DNA from: Smithellaceae bacterium
GTDB lineage: Bacteria > Desulfobacterota > Syntrophia > Syntrophales > Smithellaceae
NCBI GenBank assembly: GCA_963667845.2
Contig: CAXXVL010000001.1
Coordinates: 404,148 to 468,147, forward strand
Reading direction: 5' to 3'
DNA: 64,000 nt
The translations under genes and the position numbers were made by a program. Within the stretch, counting starts at the first letter, position 1. Every line of letters starts with the position of its first letter. Positions 27,157-36,938 of the stretch are shown here, piece after piece. The notes under the pieces were generated by a model. The model made no database searches, was not told where the DNA came from, and saw only the letters and a list, made by a program, of their open reading frames with translations.

Positions 27157-27918
27157 CTATTTCTTCTGGAAGCTGCATTGAATAACGCCGGAACCACCAC
27201 TTAATAGTTTCTTGGTCACTTTTGTAAGAGTTTTTGACACCACTTCTATTTCATATTCTGTTTTATGAAAACAGTAGTCCGGCCATTTCCCATGTTTATC
27301 GTACACCGACTCTTGACACACGTTGAAGGCTGTGGCGTATTTCAGAACCGGGGCAGTAACCTTCATGACTTGGCCTCCCGCAACAGCATATTTCCCGGTT
27401 CGAAACGCGTCGGGAACGTTATAAGTAGGCACACGCACTCCATCATCGCCGGCGCGTGTGATTTGAAACTCTTCCCTGGATGGACTGCAACCTTGAAGAT
27501 TTTTTGTTTCCCATCCACTAAACGAGACCAGCACATCGATAATCTCCGGCAAGGTGAGTTCCTGCTCAGCCTTATACTCAAGTTTGTAGATCCGCTCCCG
27601 TATCTTTGCGGCCTCAGGGGAATTGGGGGCAAGGCGAAGGTACTGTTTGAAACTTGCAATGGCCTCCTTTAGTTTTCCTGCCTTTTCCTCGGCAAGCCCA
27701 AGGTTATAGTGCACATTTGCCCAATCCGGCGCAAGACGTTTAGCTTGCATGAATTCGTTGATAGCTGCGTCATACCCATCCTGTGATTTTGCCATCTCCA
27801 TCGCAGCCTGCCCCCGTGCCATATGGCGGCGGGCCTCTTCGGATACGGTCTGGGCATTTACAATGGATATCAGCAAGGAACAGACGGCAAGAACTGTTAT
27901 GATCATTTTGATCTTCAT
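27157..27918 (-). CDS. Exported TPR-repeat protein
   Basis: GGGAG RBS, ATG at 27918, signal peptide MKIKMIITVLAVCSLLISIVNA. TPR-like region (ANVHYNLGLAEEKAGKLKEAIASFKQYLRLAPN). Confidence 0.7.
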   Translation of the reverse strand: MKIKMIITVLAVCSLLISIVNAQTVSEEARRHMARGQAAMEMAKSQDGYDAAINEFMQAKRLAPDWANVHYNLGLAEEKAGKLKEAIASFKQYLRLAPNSPEAAKIRERIYKLEYKAEQELTLPEIIDVLVSFSGWETKNLQGCSPSREEFQITRAGDDGVRVPTYNVPDAFRTGKYAVAGGQVMKVTAPVLKYATAFNVCQESVYDKHGKWPDYCFHKTEYEIEVVSKTLTKVTKKLLSGGSGVIQCSFQKK

Positions 27919-28169
27919 TATTTCTCCCTGCAATAAAGTAAGGCGTATCCGGAAATTCGTCGGCGCCTTTGTTTCCATCATTTTCCAATTCTGTCTCGAC
28001 GGTTCTTCTTTCCCCACTTTTATAATCGGAATGTTTGATCTTATGACAAACTTAGCAGGTTTCCACGGATGGTTTTCGGCGATGTAATTTTAGCAACTGC
28101 TTCACATTCCGTTAACGGAATTGAGTTGGCGGCAATAACATTGACCAGGCATGCAGCATACTTTTTACA

Positions 28170-28475
28170 CTATTTGCTGCACTGGCACTTGCCGTTTACA
28201 TACCTGCATCCGGATAAACAGCATTTGGCTTCATTAGGGGGAAGGCATGCACCGTTGCATTCCACACCGCCGCACCAGCTGCCGTTCCGATAGCACATGC
28301 CGGACATACAACATTTTGCTTCGTTGAACGGCAGGCATTGACCGCCGCATTCCGCTCCGCATGCTCCACTGGAAAGTGTGCATCCACCTGAAGCCTCACA
28401 TTGCCCGGCATAAAGCGCCGGTGCCGCTATTAACAAAAACACCGCAATTTGTGCGAAAATAAAAAGTTTCTTCAT
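28170..28475 (-). CDS. Small secreted cysteine-rich protein (16 Cys in about 78 mature residues, internal duplication)
   Basis: AAGGAGAA RBS, ATG at 28475, signal MKKLFIFAQIAVFLLIAAPALYA. Duplicated module C-L-P-x-N-E-A-K-C-C-x-S-G. Confidence 0.7.
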   Translation of the reverse strand: MKKLFIFAQIAVFLLIAAPALYAGQCEASGGCTLSSGACGAECGGQCLPFNEAKCCMSGMCYRNGSWCGGVECNGACLPPNEAKCCLSGCRYVNGKCQCSK

Positions 28476-28683
28476 ATTTTTCTCCTTCTTCTTTTGTAAG
28501 GTAGAAAATGCGGCCTCATATGTCAATGAAATCTTGCGGCATGAAATGTGTTGGAGAAACAGGGGGACGCTGCTGATTTATTAACTTTCTCATGCCAGGA
28601 CTATTAAATTGACTCTCCTGGATCACTTCAGTTATACTTTTGCCCGCACAGCATCCCTCAAAATATGGCAAAGGGGTAAAACC

Positions 28684-28833
28684 ATGATTAGACCGTCAAA
28701 GAAAAAATCCCGGAATAAATCAGAAACTCTCCCGATAAGCAGGTATTTCCTGGATCTTGTCGCCTGCGCCGCGCTGACGTTGCTTTTTGCCGGATGCGCG
28801 ACAACGCGACCCAACCTGCACCATGAATCGTAA
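28684..28833 (+). CDS. Possible tiny lipoprotein (49-aa precursor, 12-aa mature part)
   Basis: AAAGGGG RBS, ATG at 28684, lipobox LLFAGC followed only by ATTRPNLHHES. Directly precedes the PKD lipoprotein gene. Confidence 0.3.
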   Translation: MIRPSKKKSRNKSETLPISRYFLDLVACAALTLLFAGCATTRPNLHHES

Positions 28834-28870
28834 ACTCTTGTTACGATAAGAAAGGCATGAAGGGAGTAAA

Positions 28871-29998
28871 ATGAAGAAATCTACATTATTACTGTTTGTT
28901 GCTGTACTCATAGCCATGCTGACAGCATGCGTAAGCTCGACGACACTCAATCCGCCAATCGCCAATGCCGGAAAAGATCAATCAGTAATCGTTAATTCAA
29001 CAGTTACTCTCGATGGCTCAGGCTCGACTGATCCTGACAATAACATTGTTTCCTACCAATGGGAACAGACAGATGGACCAACCGTAACACTAACCAATGC
29101 CAATTCGGTTACCTCACAGTTTATCGCCCCCATAACGGGATCGACGCTAACCTTTAAGTTGACCGTTATAGACGCAACTGGTTTGCAATCGACGGACACA
29201 TGCATCATATCCGTTTCGCCCACAACCAGGATTGGACCTTTTATTGCGTCATATTACGACGGTACTACTTTCGTGGCCTCGGAATCTGTGACACGACCGT
29301 CCATCAACTATAGTGGGTCAGATTTTCATGGCATTGACTCGGTGAACTTTAATGCCACATGGACCGGCAATATAGAGGTGTTTAACGACCCGAAGATCAT
29401 CAATCTAAACTTTGAAGTCCACTGGGCGGATATCTCGCTTTTTATTGACGGAGTGGAAATAGCTTCCTGGTCGAGAAGCAATCGTATTGTTCACCATCAA
29501 TTCAGTCTTGGGGTTCACGAGATCGTAATCAAGTATCACAGCAACACACTTACCACTGACTTCAACGCATCCTTTACCGACAACAGCATATACTCCAAAG
29601 ACGAGGCAATAAACCTTATCCGGCCACAAATCGATGGCGGCACCCAGATCATTTATGTCGGCTGCTATGAGTCTGCTGATCTGTATAATAACAGCACCGT
29701 GACCCTAGACAAAACCGCTGCCAAGGTATTTCTGTTCCTGACTTCGTACCAATCCCTGAACTGGATCATCCAAAATCCACATAACGTCACGATCACCGGC
29801 ATTGCCTACAGTTCCTATTCTATAGTTACTACAGTTTCCGCCGATAAGAATGTTCCTACATTTGAGATTGCAGGGCTTGCTTACGGATACAGCAATTTTT
29901 CGGCGCCTTCCGCTGATATCAACTATATTGTCGGCAGGGCACCGGATTACACTTGCGGCACATATGGGCTGACGGAGATGCTAATATCGATACCTTAA
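28871..29998 (+). CDS. Lipoprotein with PKD/Ig-like domain and PA14-like C-terminal region
   Basis: Lipobox MLTAC. ANAGKDQSVIVNSTVTLDGSGSTDPDNNIVSYQWEQTDGP is a typical PKD-type repeat. Downstream a beta-rich region (YYDGTTF...NATWTGNIEV). Confidence 0.75.
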   Translation: MKKSTLLLFVAVLIAMLTACVSSTTLNPPIANAGKDQSVIVNSTVTLDGSGSTDPDNNIVSYQWEQTDGPTVTLTNANSVTSQFIAPITGSTLTFKLTVIDATGLQSTDTCIISVSPTTRIGPFIASYYDGTTFVASESVTRPSINYSGSDFHGIDSVNFNATWTGNIEVFNDPKIINLNFEVHWADISLFIDGVEIASWSRSNRIVHHQFSLGVHEIVIKYHSNTLTTDFNASFTDNSIYSKDEAINLIRPQIDGGTQIIYVGCYESADLYNNSTVTLDKTAAKVFLFLTSYQSLNWIIQNPHNVTITGIAYSSYSIVTTVSADKNVPTFEIAGLAYGYSNFSAPSADINYIVGRAPDYTCGTYGLTEMLISIP

Positions 29999-30035
29999 TC
30001 TAATCTCTTAAATTGGATTAGAGAGACAGAGGGAC

Positions 30036-30238
30036 TGTGAATCTACCCCAGTTTAACGGACACTTCAAAAAGTATACAGAGTCGTATACAAAGAAGAAGA
30101 AAGGAGTGTCCGATGAGAAAGCAGAGGCAGTCATTTAGCCGGGAGTTTAAGCTGGAAGCCGTTCGATTAATGGAAGAAGGCAAGAAGCCACCTGCGGAAC
30201 TGGCACGCGAGCTTGGGGACATGGTTTCACATCACTGA
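30036..30238 (+). mobile_element. IS3-family insertion-sequence remnant (left end plus truncated orfA)
   Basis: Candidate IRL begins TGTGAATCTACCCC (30036). ATG at 30113 encodes MRKQRQSFSREFKLEAVRLMEEGKKPPAELARELG, the HTH N-terminus of IS3/IS911-type OrfA. Homology stops near 30217 and the frame ends at TGA 30236-30238. No orfB. Confidence 0.7.
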
Positions 30239-30350
30239 TAGAATCAATTGTTTGGTTTGGGCCACCGCTGTAAATGCGTGTCGGGTCTCAAGATCGACAC
30301 CCAAAAAAGATAACAATGCTGTCTGTTCATTCTTACGGAGGAGAAAAGCC

Positions 30351-31604
30351 ATGAAAAAATTATTTGCATTATTAGTGCTGATAATTGCGGCATCTTCTTT
30401 TACAGCATGCACCAATTCAGGTCCCATTTCCAGTACGAAGACCATAACCGCATTTTCATTTAACAATCCATCCGCATCGGGGGATGATCGATGAGGCTTC
30501 GAAAAGCATCGTCGTCGTGCTCCCCTTCGGAACCGACGTAACGTCTCTCGTTGCCGTTTTCACCACAACGGGATCAGTCGTTCAAGCTGCGGGTGCGTTT
30601 CAAATAAGTGGGACTACACCAAATGATTTTACCAATCCGGTCGTCTACACAGTCTATGCGGCAGACGGCACAAGTGCGGCTTACACGGTCACGATTTCAT
30701 TCGGGACGCATATTTTTCTCCGCAGCGATGCCGGAGATTTTATCGGCCAGGGGAAGGATTATGATTATTTTCCGGGCAATGCACAGATCAGCGTTAACGC
30801 TTCGGGAGCCCTTCTCACAGTCAATATCCGGGGAGACGAGCAATGGTGGTCTGATTTCAAAGTCCCCGACAATATGAGTCAGCTTCAGACCGGTACCTAC
30901 GCCGGTCTCAAGCGTTACCCGTTCCATGATCCTGTTCAAGGGGGACTCAATTGGTCCGGCGAGGGTCGAGGCTGCAATGTTCTCTCCGGCTGGTTTGCGA
31001 TAGACGAGGTTATGTATGAAAATGGAATTCTGAAGGCCATTGCACTTCGTTTTGAGCAGCATTGCGAAGGAGGAACCCCTGCTCTTCACGGCCGCATTTC
31101 CTGGACATCAGACGACAAGACGGTTCCCAGGGGTCCCGTCTATCCCATGCCGGCCGGACTGTGGCAACCTGCAATGGGATCGACCCCGGTGCCGGCAATT
31201 ACATTTATCTGCAGAGCGATCTTCAAGATTATATCGGACAGGGCCAAACATATATTTACACTCCGAACGACGCCCAGATCACCGTCGGCTCCGCAGACGG
31301 CCATTTATCCGTGCATGTGAACGGTGCAGATTGGTGGAATGGCGATTTCCAGACCATGAGTTCGCTGAACCGTTTTCAGGCCGGATATTACGGTAGCCTG
31401 ATGCGCTATCCTTTTCACAATCCCGCCCGGGGTGGGCTCAGCTGGTCCGGCGAGGGTCGGGGTTGCAATAGGTTGAGCGGCTGGTTTGCCGTCGATGATG
31501 TTGTGTATAATAATGGAATTCTCGAAGCCATCGACCTGCGTTTCGAACAACACTGCGAAGGCTCAGCTCCTGCTCTTCACGGTAAAATTCACTGGGCACC
31601 GTGA
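30351..31604 (+). pseudogene. Surface lipoprotein gene with two tandem ~150-aa C-terminal domains, interrupted by two compensating frameshifts
   Basis: Lipobox SSFTAC. The sense reading passes from frame 0 to frame 1 at the G5 run 30479-30483, and back to frame 0 between about 31110 and 31195 (C4 run at 31184-31187). The domains ...GEGRGCNVLSGWFAIDEVMYENGILKAIALRFEQHCEG and ...GEGRGCNRLSGWFAVDDVVYNNGILEAIDLRFEQHCEG are clear paralogs. Confidence 0.75.
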
Positions 31605-31953
31605 AAGAAAGGAGGAAACAAGTAAGCAGAGGGATGTAACAAACTTTCTAACTTTCTCATGTATGAGCTCAGGGTCAGGTCTTGAAACGTCAGTCTTTTG
31701 GTGATTGATTGATCAGCAAATACTTCGCAAAATAATATTGCTGCGAAAGAACCGCCTTTCATTTTTTACGGGATGAATCGGGTCAAGTCTTTAATCTTGA
31801 CATTACATCGCAACATTACCATTGTCATCGACGAAACATTCGAATAAACCGCAGTTGCACCGGCGTGCAACTGCCTCCGCTCTAAAATCCTGGATTCCGG
31901 CCTCCGTAACCTGAAGGTCACAAGACCGGAATGACGAGTACTCATTGTTCCCT

Positions 31954-34512
31954 TCACCCGTTCCGGCCTTTTGTCTTTCTTGTCGGGACGGCGTTCCAGG
32001 GGTCGTCGGGCCAGGGGTGCTTCGGGTAGCGGCCTTTCAGCTCTTTTTTCACTTGAGGGTAGACGGTGTTCCAGAATTGGCTCAGGTCCCGGGTGATCTG
32101 AACGGGCCTGCGGGCGGGCGAGAGAAGTTGGAGAAGCAATTTGACCCGGCCGGAGGCGATGGCCGGGGTGTCGGCGAGCCCGAACATCTCCTGGAGCTTG
32201 ACGGCCAGGACCGGGATTTCTCCGGAAGCATAATCAATTGCGATGTTGGAGCCGCTGGGTACGGCGATGGTGACGGGGGCGCGCTCGGCAAGAAGGCGCC
32301 GCTGCTCCCACGTGAGTTTCCCGGTGAGCGCGGGCCCGATGCTCAGGGCGGCAAGCTGAGCTTCGCTGCGGACGCCGGAGAGCCAGGGCAAAAGCCAGTC
32401 TTGGGGCGCCGCAATAAGCGTTTCTTCTGACAGGTCCGGCCAGTCTTCTTCGGGGAAGGTTTCTTTCATCAGCCGCACGCGGGCCTGAAACGTCCGGGCC
32501 TCCCGGCTGAAAGTGATCTTGACCGCCTTGGACCGGATAGCTTCGCAGAGGAGCAAAACGACTTCCTCCTCCTGCGGCTTTACCGGTCTGGCCGAAAGGA
32601 TAATCGTCCCCACACGTTCTTCAAGGGTAGCGACAATACGACCTTCCAGTTTATCCCAAACGACGCGCCGCCGGGTTTCGATTTGTTCACCCAATGCCTC
32701 ACGGATGAGCTCCTCCGTCAGAGGTTCGGCCATATGCACCGTGCCTTCCGCCTTTTCGCCCTTATCCACCACGGGAGCAATGATGTAAGGGCTTCCGGCC
32801 GCGAGAATCTTTGCGGAGAGCCTGACCCCTCGGCCCTGCCGCAAGACATAACGGCTGCCGTCGTCTTCGCGCCGCTTCGCGATGCGGTCGGGAAAGGCGA
32901 CCAAAAGCAGCCGCGGGATCATGCGGCTTGCTGCATCGCCTGCGGCTTCGCGAGTTTTGCCCATCAGACGCCGGAGCTGCTGTGATGTCGTATCCACCGC
33001 ACGCAATGCCCACGGGTCGGCCTTGCCGGAGGGTCTCTTGTCGAGCCGCCATTGCCGCAGAAGCCCGAGACGATCGCTGAGATCGAACCCGCCTGCCGGT
33101 TGCGCGGATGCGGACCGATGTCGGATGATGTCCCGCTCGGACAGGAGCGCCGCCAGATCCGCACCCAGTGACGGGCAGTGAAGCTCGGCCGCTTTTAAAA
33201 GCAGGCGACCGAGGCGCGGATGAAGCGGCAGGCGCGCCATGGAAACACCAACAGGCGTAATCGAACCTTTGGTATCCAGCGCGCCCAATTCTTTTAGCAG
33301 TTCCTGAGCGGCACGCCAGGCAGCATTCGGCGGGGGATCGAGCCAGGAAAGCGAGCCCGGGTCTTTCACACCCCAGGCAGCCAGATCCAGGACCAGCGAC
33401 GATAGATCGGAAATGGCGATTTCCGGCGGGGCAAAGGGAATCAGCGATTGGAATGTATGAGCGCTGTAGAGCCGATAGCAAACGCCGGGGTACTGGCGGC
33501 CCGCACGGCCCTGGCGCTGCCTCGCTGCGGCCTGTGAAACGGTAACAGTGATCAGGCGGTTCATGCCTGTTCCCGGATCGTACTCCCGCCTCCGGGTCAG
33601 TCCGCTGTCAATCACGACACGGACGCCGTGAATGGTCAGGCTGGTCTCCGCGATGTTCGTGGCGAGGACAATCTTTCGGGCAGCCGAAGGAAGAATCGCC
33701 CGTTCCTGCTCTTCAAAGGGCAAATCGCCGTATAGGGGATGGAGCGATATATCTCCCATTGTCCGGTCAGGAAGCGCTTCGGCAAGGGCATCGCTTACGG
33801 CGCGGATTTCGCCGGCCCCCGGCAGAAAGACGAGGATGTCGCCTTCCGTCTCGCCGAGTGCCCTTTGGACAACATCGGTCATGCGCGCCGTAATGTTTTT
33901 ATCCGGGTTGTCGCCGCAGTAGCGTTCCTCCACCGGGTAGGCTTTGCCTAGCGATGAAATGACGGCTGCCCCGTCCAGAAGGGCGCCGACCGGCCCGCCG
34001 TCGAGGGTGGCGGACATCATGAGGATCTTCAGATCTTCCCGCAGGCCGCTGCGGATATCGAGGCAAAGAGCAAGCGCCAGGTCCGCCTGAAGGCTCCGTT
34101 CATGGAATTCGTCAAAAATAACCATGGCGACGCCGGCAAGATCAGGATTGGCCAGGATGCGCCGCGTCAGAATCCCCTCCGTCATCACTTCAATGCGGGT
34201 GCCGGGCGAGACCCGGGAGTCAAACCGGATGGAATACCCCAGTGTCTGGCCGATCTCCTCGCCCAGGGTTTTCGCCATCCACCGCGCAGCGGAGACCGCG
34301 GCAATCCTCCGGGGCTCCAGCATGAGGATGCGTCCTTTTTCAGGTTCGATGACATCGAGGAGCGCGAGAGGAACGCGAGTCGTCTTGCCGGAACCGGGCG
34401 GGGCCTGAAGGACAACGGAGGAATGCTCACGGATGGCCGCGCGCAGCTCCGGGAGAATGTGATCGATGGGGTAGGACGTCAAAATTGGCCCGCTCTTGAT
34501 ATTATTCGGCAT
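31954..34512 (-). CDS. hrpB: ATP-dependent RNA helicase HrpB (DEAH box)
   Basis: 852 aa. APPGSGKTTRVP Walker A, DEFHERS, SATLD, TNIAETSLTI, QRQGRAGR, and the HrpB-type C-terminal domain. Confidence 0.93.
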   Translation of the reverse strand: MPNNIKSGPILTSYPIDHILPELRAAIREHSSVVLQAPPGSGKTTRVPLALLDVIEPEKGRILMLEPRRIAAVSAARWMAKTLGEEIGQTLGYSIRFDSRVSPGTRIEVMTEGILTRRILANPDLAGVAMVIFDEFHERSLQADLALALCLDIRSGLREDLKILMMSATLDGGPVGALLDGAAVISSLGKAYPVEERYCGDNPDKNITARMTDVVQRALGETEGDILVFLPGAGEIRAVSDALAEALPDRTMGDISLHPLYGDLPFEEQERAILPSAARKIVLATNIAETSLTIHGVRVVIDSGLTRRREYDPGTGMNRLITVTVSQAAARQRQGRAGRQYPGVCYRLYSAHTFQSLIPFAPPEIAISDLSSLVLDLAAWGVKDPGSLSWLDPPPNAAWRAAQELLKELGALDTKGSITPVGVSMARLPLHPRLGRLLLKAAELHCPSLGADLAALLSERDIIRHRSASAQPAGGFDLSDRLGLLRQWRLDKRPSGKADPWALRAVDTTSQQLRRLMGKTREAAGDAASRMIPRLLLVAFPDRIAKRREDDGSRYVLRQGRGVRLSAKILAAGSPYIIAPVVDKGEKAEGTVHMAEPLTEELIREALGEQIETRRRVVWDKLEGRIVATLEERVGTIILSARPVKPQEEEVVLLLCEAIRSKAVKITFSREARTFQARVRLMKETFPEEDWPDLSEETLIAAPQDWLLPWLSGVRSEAQLAALSIGPALTGKLTWEQRRLLAERAPVTIAVPSGSNIAIDYASGEIPVLAVKLQEMFGLADTPAIASGRVKLLLQLLSPARRPVQITRDLSQFWNTVYPQVKKELKGRYPKHPWPDDPWNAVPTRKTKGRNG

Positions 34513-34662
34513 GCCGGAAGTATAGAAGGGGCAGCCGTCCGTGTCAACAGGATCATGATTCAGGTGCCGGGGGCAGCCAGCCGCAAAATCCCGTTGACAA
34601 TGCCTTGAAATCTCCTAGAATGAAACAACAGGGAATGGTTGGGGACGATTCTATTTTAAATG

Positions 34663-34717
34663 CCGCTCACGCGGGACGAGCGTCAATTCTCCGTAACTTG
34701 CTGCGAGGTGATTGATT
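34663..34717 (+). repeat. REP-A copy 2, internally deleted short form
   Basis: CCGCTCACGCGGGACGAGCGTCAATTCTCCGTAACTTGCTGCGAGGTGATTGATT. It lacks the central ~43 nt that lie between the two CAGCTTG(C/T)(T/C)GCGA direct repeats of full copies. Confidence 0.8.
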
Positions 34718-34850
34718 CTGCCGGCAGGCGTATAAGAGAGGATTGTTTCCTTTGCGGCAAAGAATGTGCAGGGGGTCTTGAGGGTTTTTCCGGAAAGACC
34801 ATACAGCAAGAAAATCGGGTATGGGCAGTTTAATCTGCCGGGAGGTGGTC

Positions 34851-35162
34851 ATGAAAAAATTGCGGTTCGTTTTAGCTCTGGGCTTAGCGGTTGGGCTCGC
34901 GGGATGTGCCATGCTGGTTCCCATGGGCAGCGTGTATACGGGCGTGAAATTACCCATGATGGCAACGGGCAACAGTAGCGCGTCGACCAAGACAGGAGAG
35001 GCAACATGCGTAAGCGTGCTGGCTGTGGTTGCCGTGGGCGACTGCAGCATCGAAGCTGCCATGAAAAACGGCGGCATCACGAAAGTGAACCATGTTGATT
35101 GGGATGTCCGAAACATTCTGGGAATCTACGGAACCTACAAAGTGATCGTTTCCGGTGAATAG
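34851..35162 (+). CDS. TRL-like family lipoprotein
   Basis: GGGAGG RBS, lipobox GLAGC, then the short GSVYTG...GEATCVSVLAVVAVGDCSIEAAMKNGGITKVNHVDW pattern typical of TRL-domain proteins. Confidence 0.7.
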   Translation: MKKLRFVLALGLAVGLAGCAMLVPMGSVYTGVKLPMMATGNSSASTKTGEATCVSVLAVVAVGDCSIEAAMKNGGITKVNHVDWDVRNILGIYGTYKVIVSGE

Positions 35163-35254
35163 CCGGTCCCGATCGGAACGATAAAACCTAAATCACGGCA
35201 CACGGATTCCAGGACGGGGTGCGATGCGTCATTAATAACTGCGGAGGCGGAGAT

Positions 35255-36757
35255 ATGAACATTTCGGAACTTCTTACTAACAGCGTCGCACAGGGAGAAC
35301 AGGTCAGCATTATTTACGAAGGCCAGGAGTTAACCAACGTACAGATTGACCGGGCCGCAAAAAAACTGGGGAATGCGCTTTTGAAGCTGGGCGTGAAACG
35401 CGGCGACCGGGTCATCATGCAGATGCCTAACTGTCCGGAGATCTTCCAGGCCTTTCAGGCCATCTGGAAGATCGGCGCGGTGAGCGTCCCCATTAATTAT
35501 CAGGTGGGGGTGGAGGAGACCAGCTACATCTATCAGGATTCGGAAGCCTCAACGGTCATCACATCTCCGGAATATCTGGAAAAGGTCCGCGAGGCAAAAG
35601 TCAATGCCCCGTCGATCAAAAACATCATTGTTGTCTCGGATCAAGCCTTCGCCGGCACTTACTCATATGCCGGGCTCCTGGCGGAGAGTTCCGACCAGCT
35701 GGACATGGTGAAGACGGACGACGATGAACTGGCCGCCCTGGTTTATACATCAGGCACCACGGGCAAGCCGAAAGGCGCGATGCACACCCATTACGGGCTT
35801 TACTACTCGGTGGTCCACATTCAGAAAACCACCCACTACCCCGTGGACATGATCAGCGTGGCCGTGCTTCCGCTCTGTCATTCCTACGGCATTGCCTGCA
35901 TGAACGGGCAATTTCTGCGCACCAAGAGCAAGACGGTTGTCCTGCGCCAGTTTAACCTGGAAAAATTATTTTCCGCCATCGACAAGTACAAGGTCCAGTA
36001 CCTGCCCGCTGTGCCCACCATGTATGTCTACATGCTGCAATACCCCGACTACAAGAGATACGATATCAGCTCCATCCGGTATTTCATCTGCGGTTCGGCG
36101 CCGCTGTCCATCGAGGTCTGGAAACAATTCAAGGAAAAATTCGGCGGGGAAATATGCGAAGGCTGGGGCCTGACGGAAGCCGCCGCCAATAACTCAGTCA
36201 ATCCCGTGGACGGCCTGAAAAAAGTCGGATCGATCGGCCTTCCCATGGTGGGCATGGAAATAAAAATCTTCGACAACGACGGCCGCGAGGTGCCCCGGGG
36301 ACAGGAAGGCGAAATCGTCATCCGCGGGCCGATGGTGATGAAGGGCTACTGGCGCCAGCCCGAAGCCACAACGGAAATGATTCGCAACGGTTGGCTGCAT
36401 ACGGGCGATATCGGGTATGTGGACGCCGACGGCTACTTCTTCATCACCGACCGGAAGAAGGATATTATCATCAAGGGCGGAGAAAACATTTCGCCGCGGG
36501 CGATCGAGGAGGTCCTCTATGCCCACCCCGCCGTGGCCGAGGCCGCGGTGATCGGCATGAAAGATCCTGTGTACGGCGAAGAGGTCAAGGCGTTCGTGGC
36601 GTTGAAACCCGGGCAGAAGGCGACAGCGGATGAAATCAAGGAATTCTGCGGCCAGAAGCTGAAGCGGTTTTTTGTTCCCAAAGAGGTGGCCGTCCTTCCG
36701 GCACTGCCCAAATCGCTGGTCGGCAAAATCCTTAAAAAGGAACTGCGCAAATTGTGA
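35255..36757 (+). CDS. AMP-forming acyl-CoA synthetase (ANL superfamily)
   Basis: YTSGTTGKPKGAMHTH AMP-binding motif, GWLHTGDIGYVDADGYFFITDRKKDIIIKGGENISPRAIEEV, C-terminal PKSLVGKILKK. ATG at 35255 after GGAGGCGGAG. Confidence 0.92.
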   Translation: MNISELLTNSVAQGEQVSIIYEGQELTNVQIDRAAKKLGNALLKLGVKRGDRVIMQMPNCPEIFQAFQAIWKIGAVSVPINYQVGVEETSYIYQDSEASTVITSPEYLEKVREAKVNAPSIKNIIVVSDQAFAGTYSYAGLLAESSDQLDMVKTDDDELAALVYTSGTTGKPKGAMHTHYGLYYSVVHIQKTTHYPVDMISVAVLPLCHSYGIACMNGQFLRTKSKTVVLRQFNLEKLFSAIDKYKVQYLPAVPTMYVYMLQYPDYKRYDISSIRYFICGSAPLSIEVWKQFKEKFGGEICEGWGLTEAAANNSVNPVDGLKKVGSIGLPMVGMEIKIFDNDGREVPRGQEGEIVIRGPMVMKGYWRQPEATTEMIRNGWLHTGDIGYVDADGYFFITDRKKDIIIKGGENISPRAIEEVLYAHPAVAEAAVIGMKDPVYGEEVKAFVALKPGQKATADEIKEFCGQKLKRFFVPKEVAVLPALPKSLVGKILKKELRKL

Positions 36758-36938
36758 GGAAAAAAAATCGCCCTTAGAATTGTAAGTCGACATGGCGGTT
36801 TGCGCCGATTTACAGGCTCGTGGCGTGTCTTTCACTCTAATGTTTTGCGCCTTTCATGCCGACAGAGACGGTGGCGCTTCAATGCAAAATTGACTCAAAT
36901 TTTTTTGTCGCTATCGCTTTGGTCAAGAGGAGAAGATC

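Noticed and set aside
30195-30215. Sigma-54-like TGGCAC-N5-CTTGG string
   Set aside because: It lies inside the IS3 orfA remnant coding sequence. The -12 element does not fit the TTGC consensus spacing, and no enhancer-binding protein gene is nearby.
31062-31604. 180-aa ORF as an independent gene
   Set aside because: Its first ~40 codons are out-of-frame readings of the linker of the upstream domain. The conserved domain starts only at about 31190 and continues the frameshifted lipoprotein gene, so it is treated as part of the pseudogene 30351-31604.
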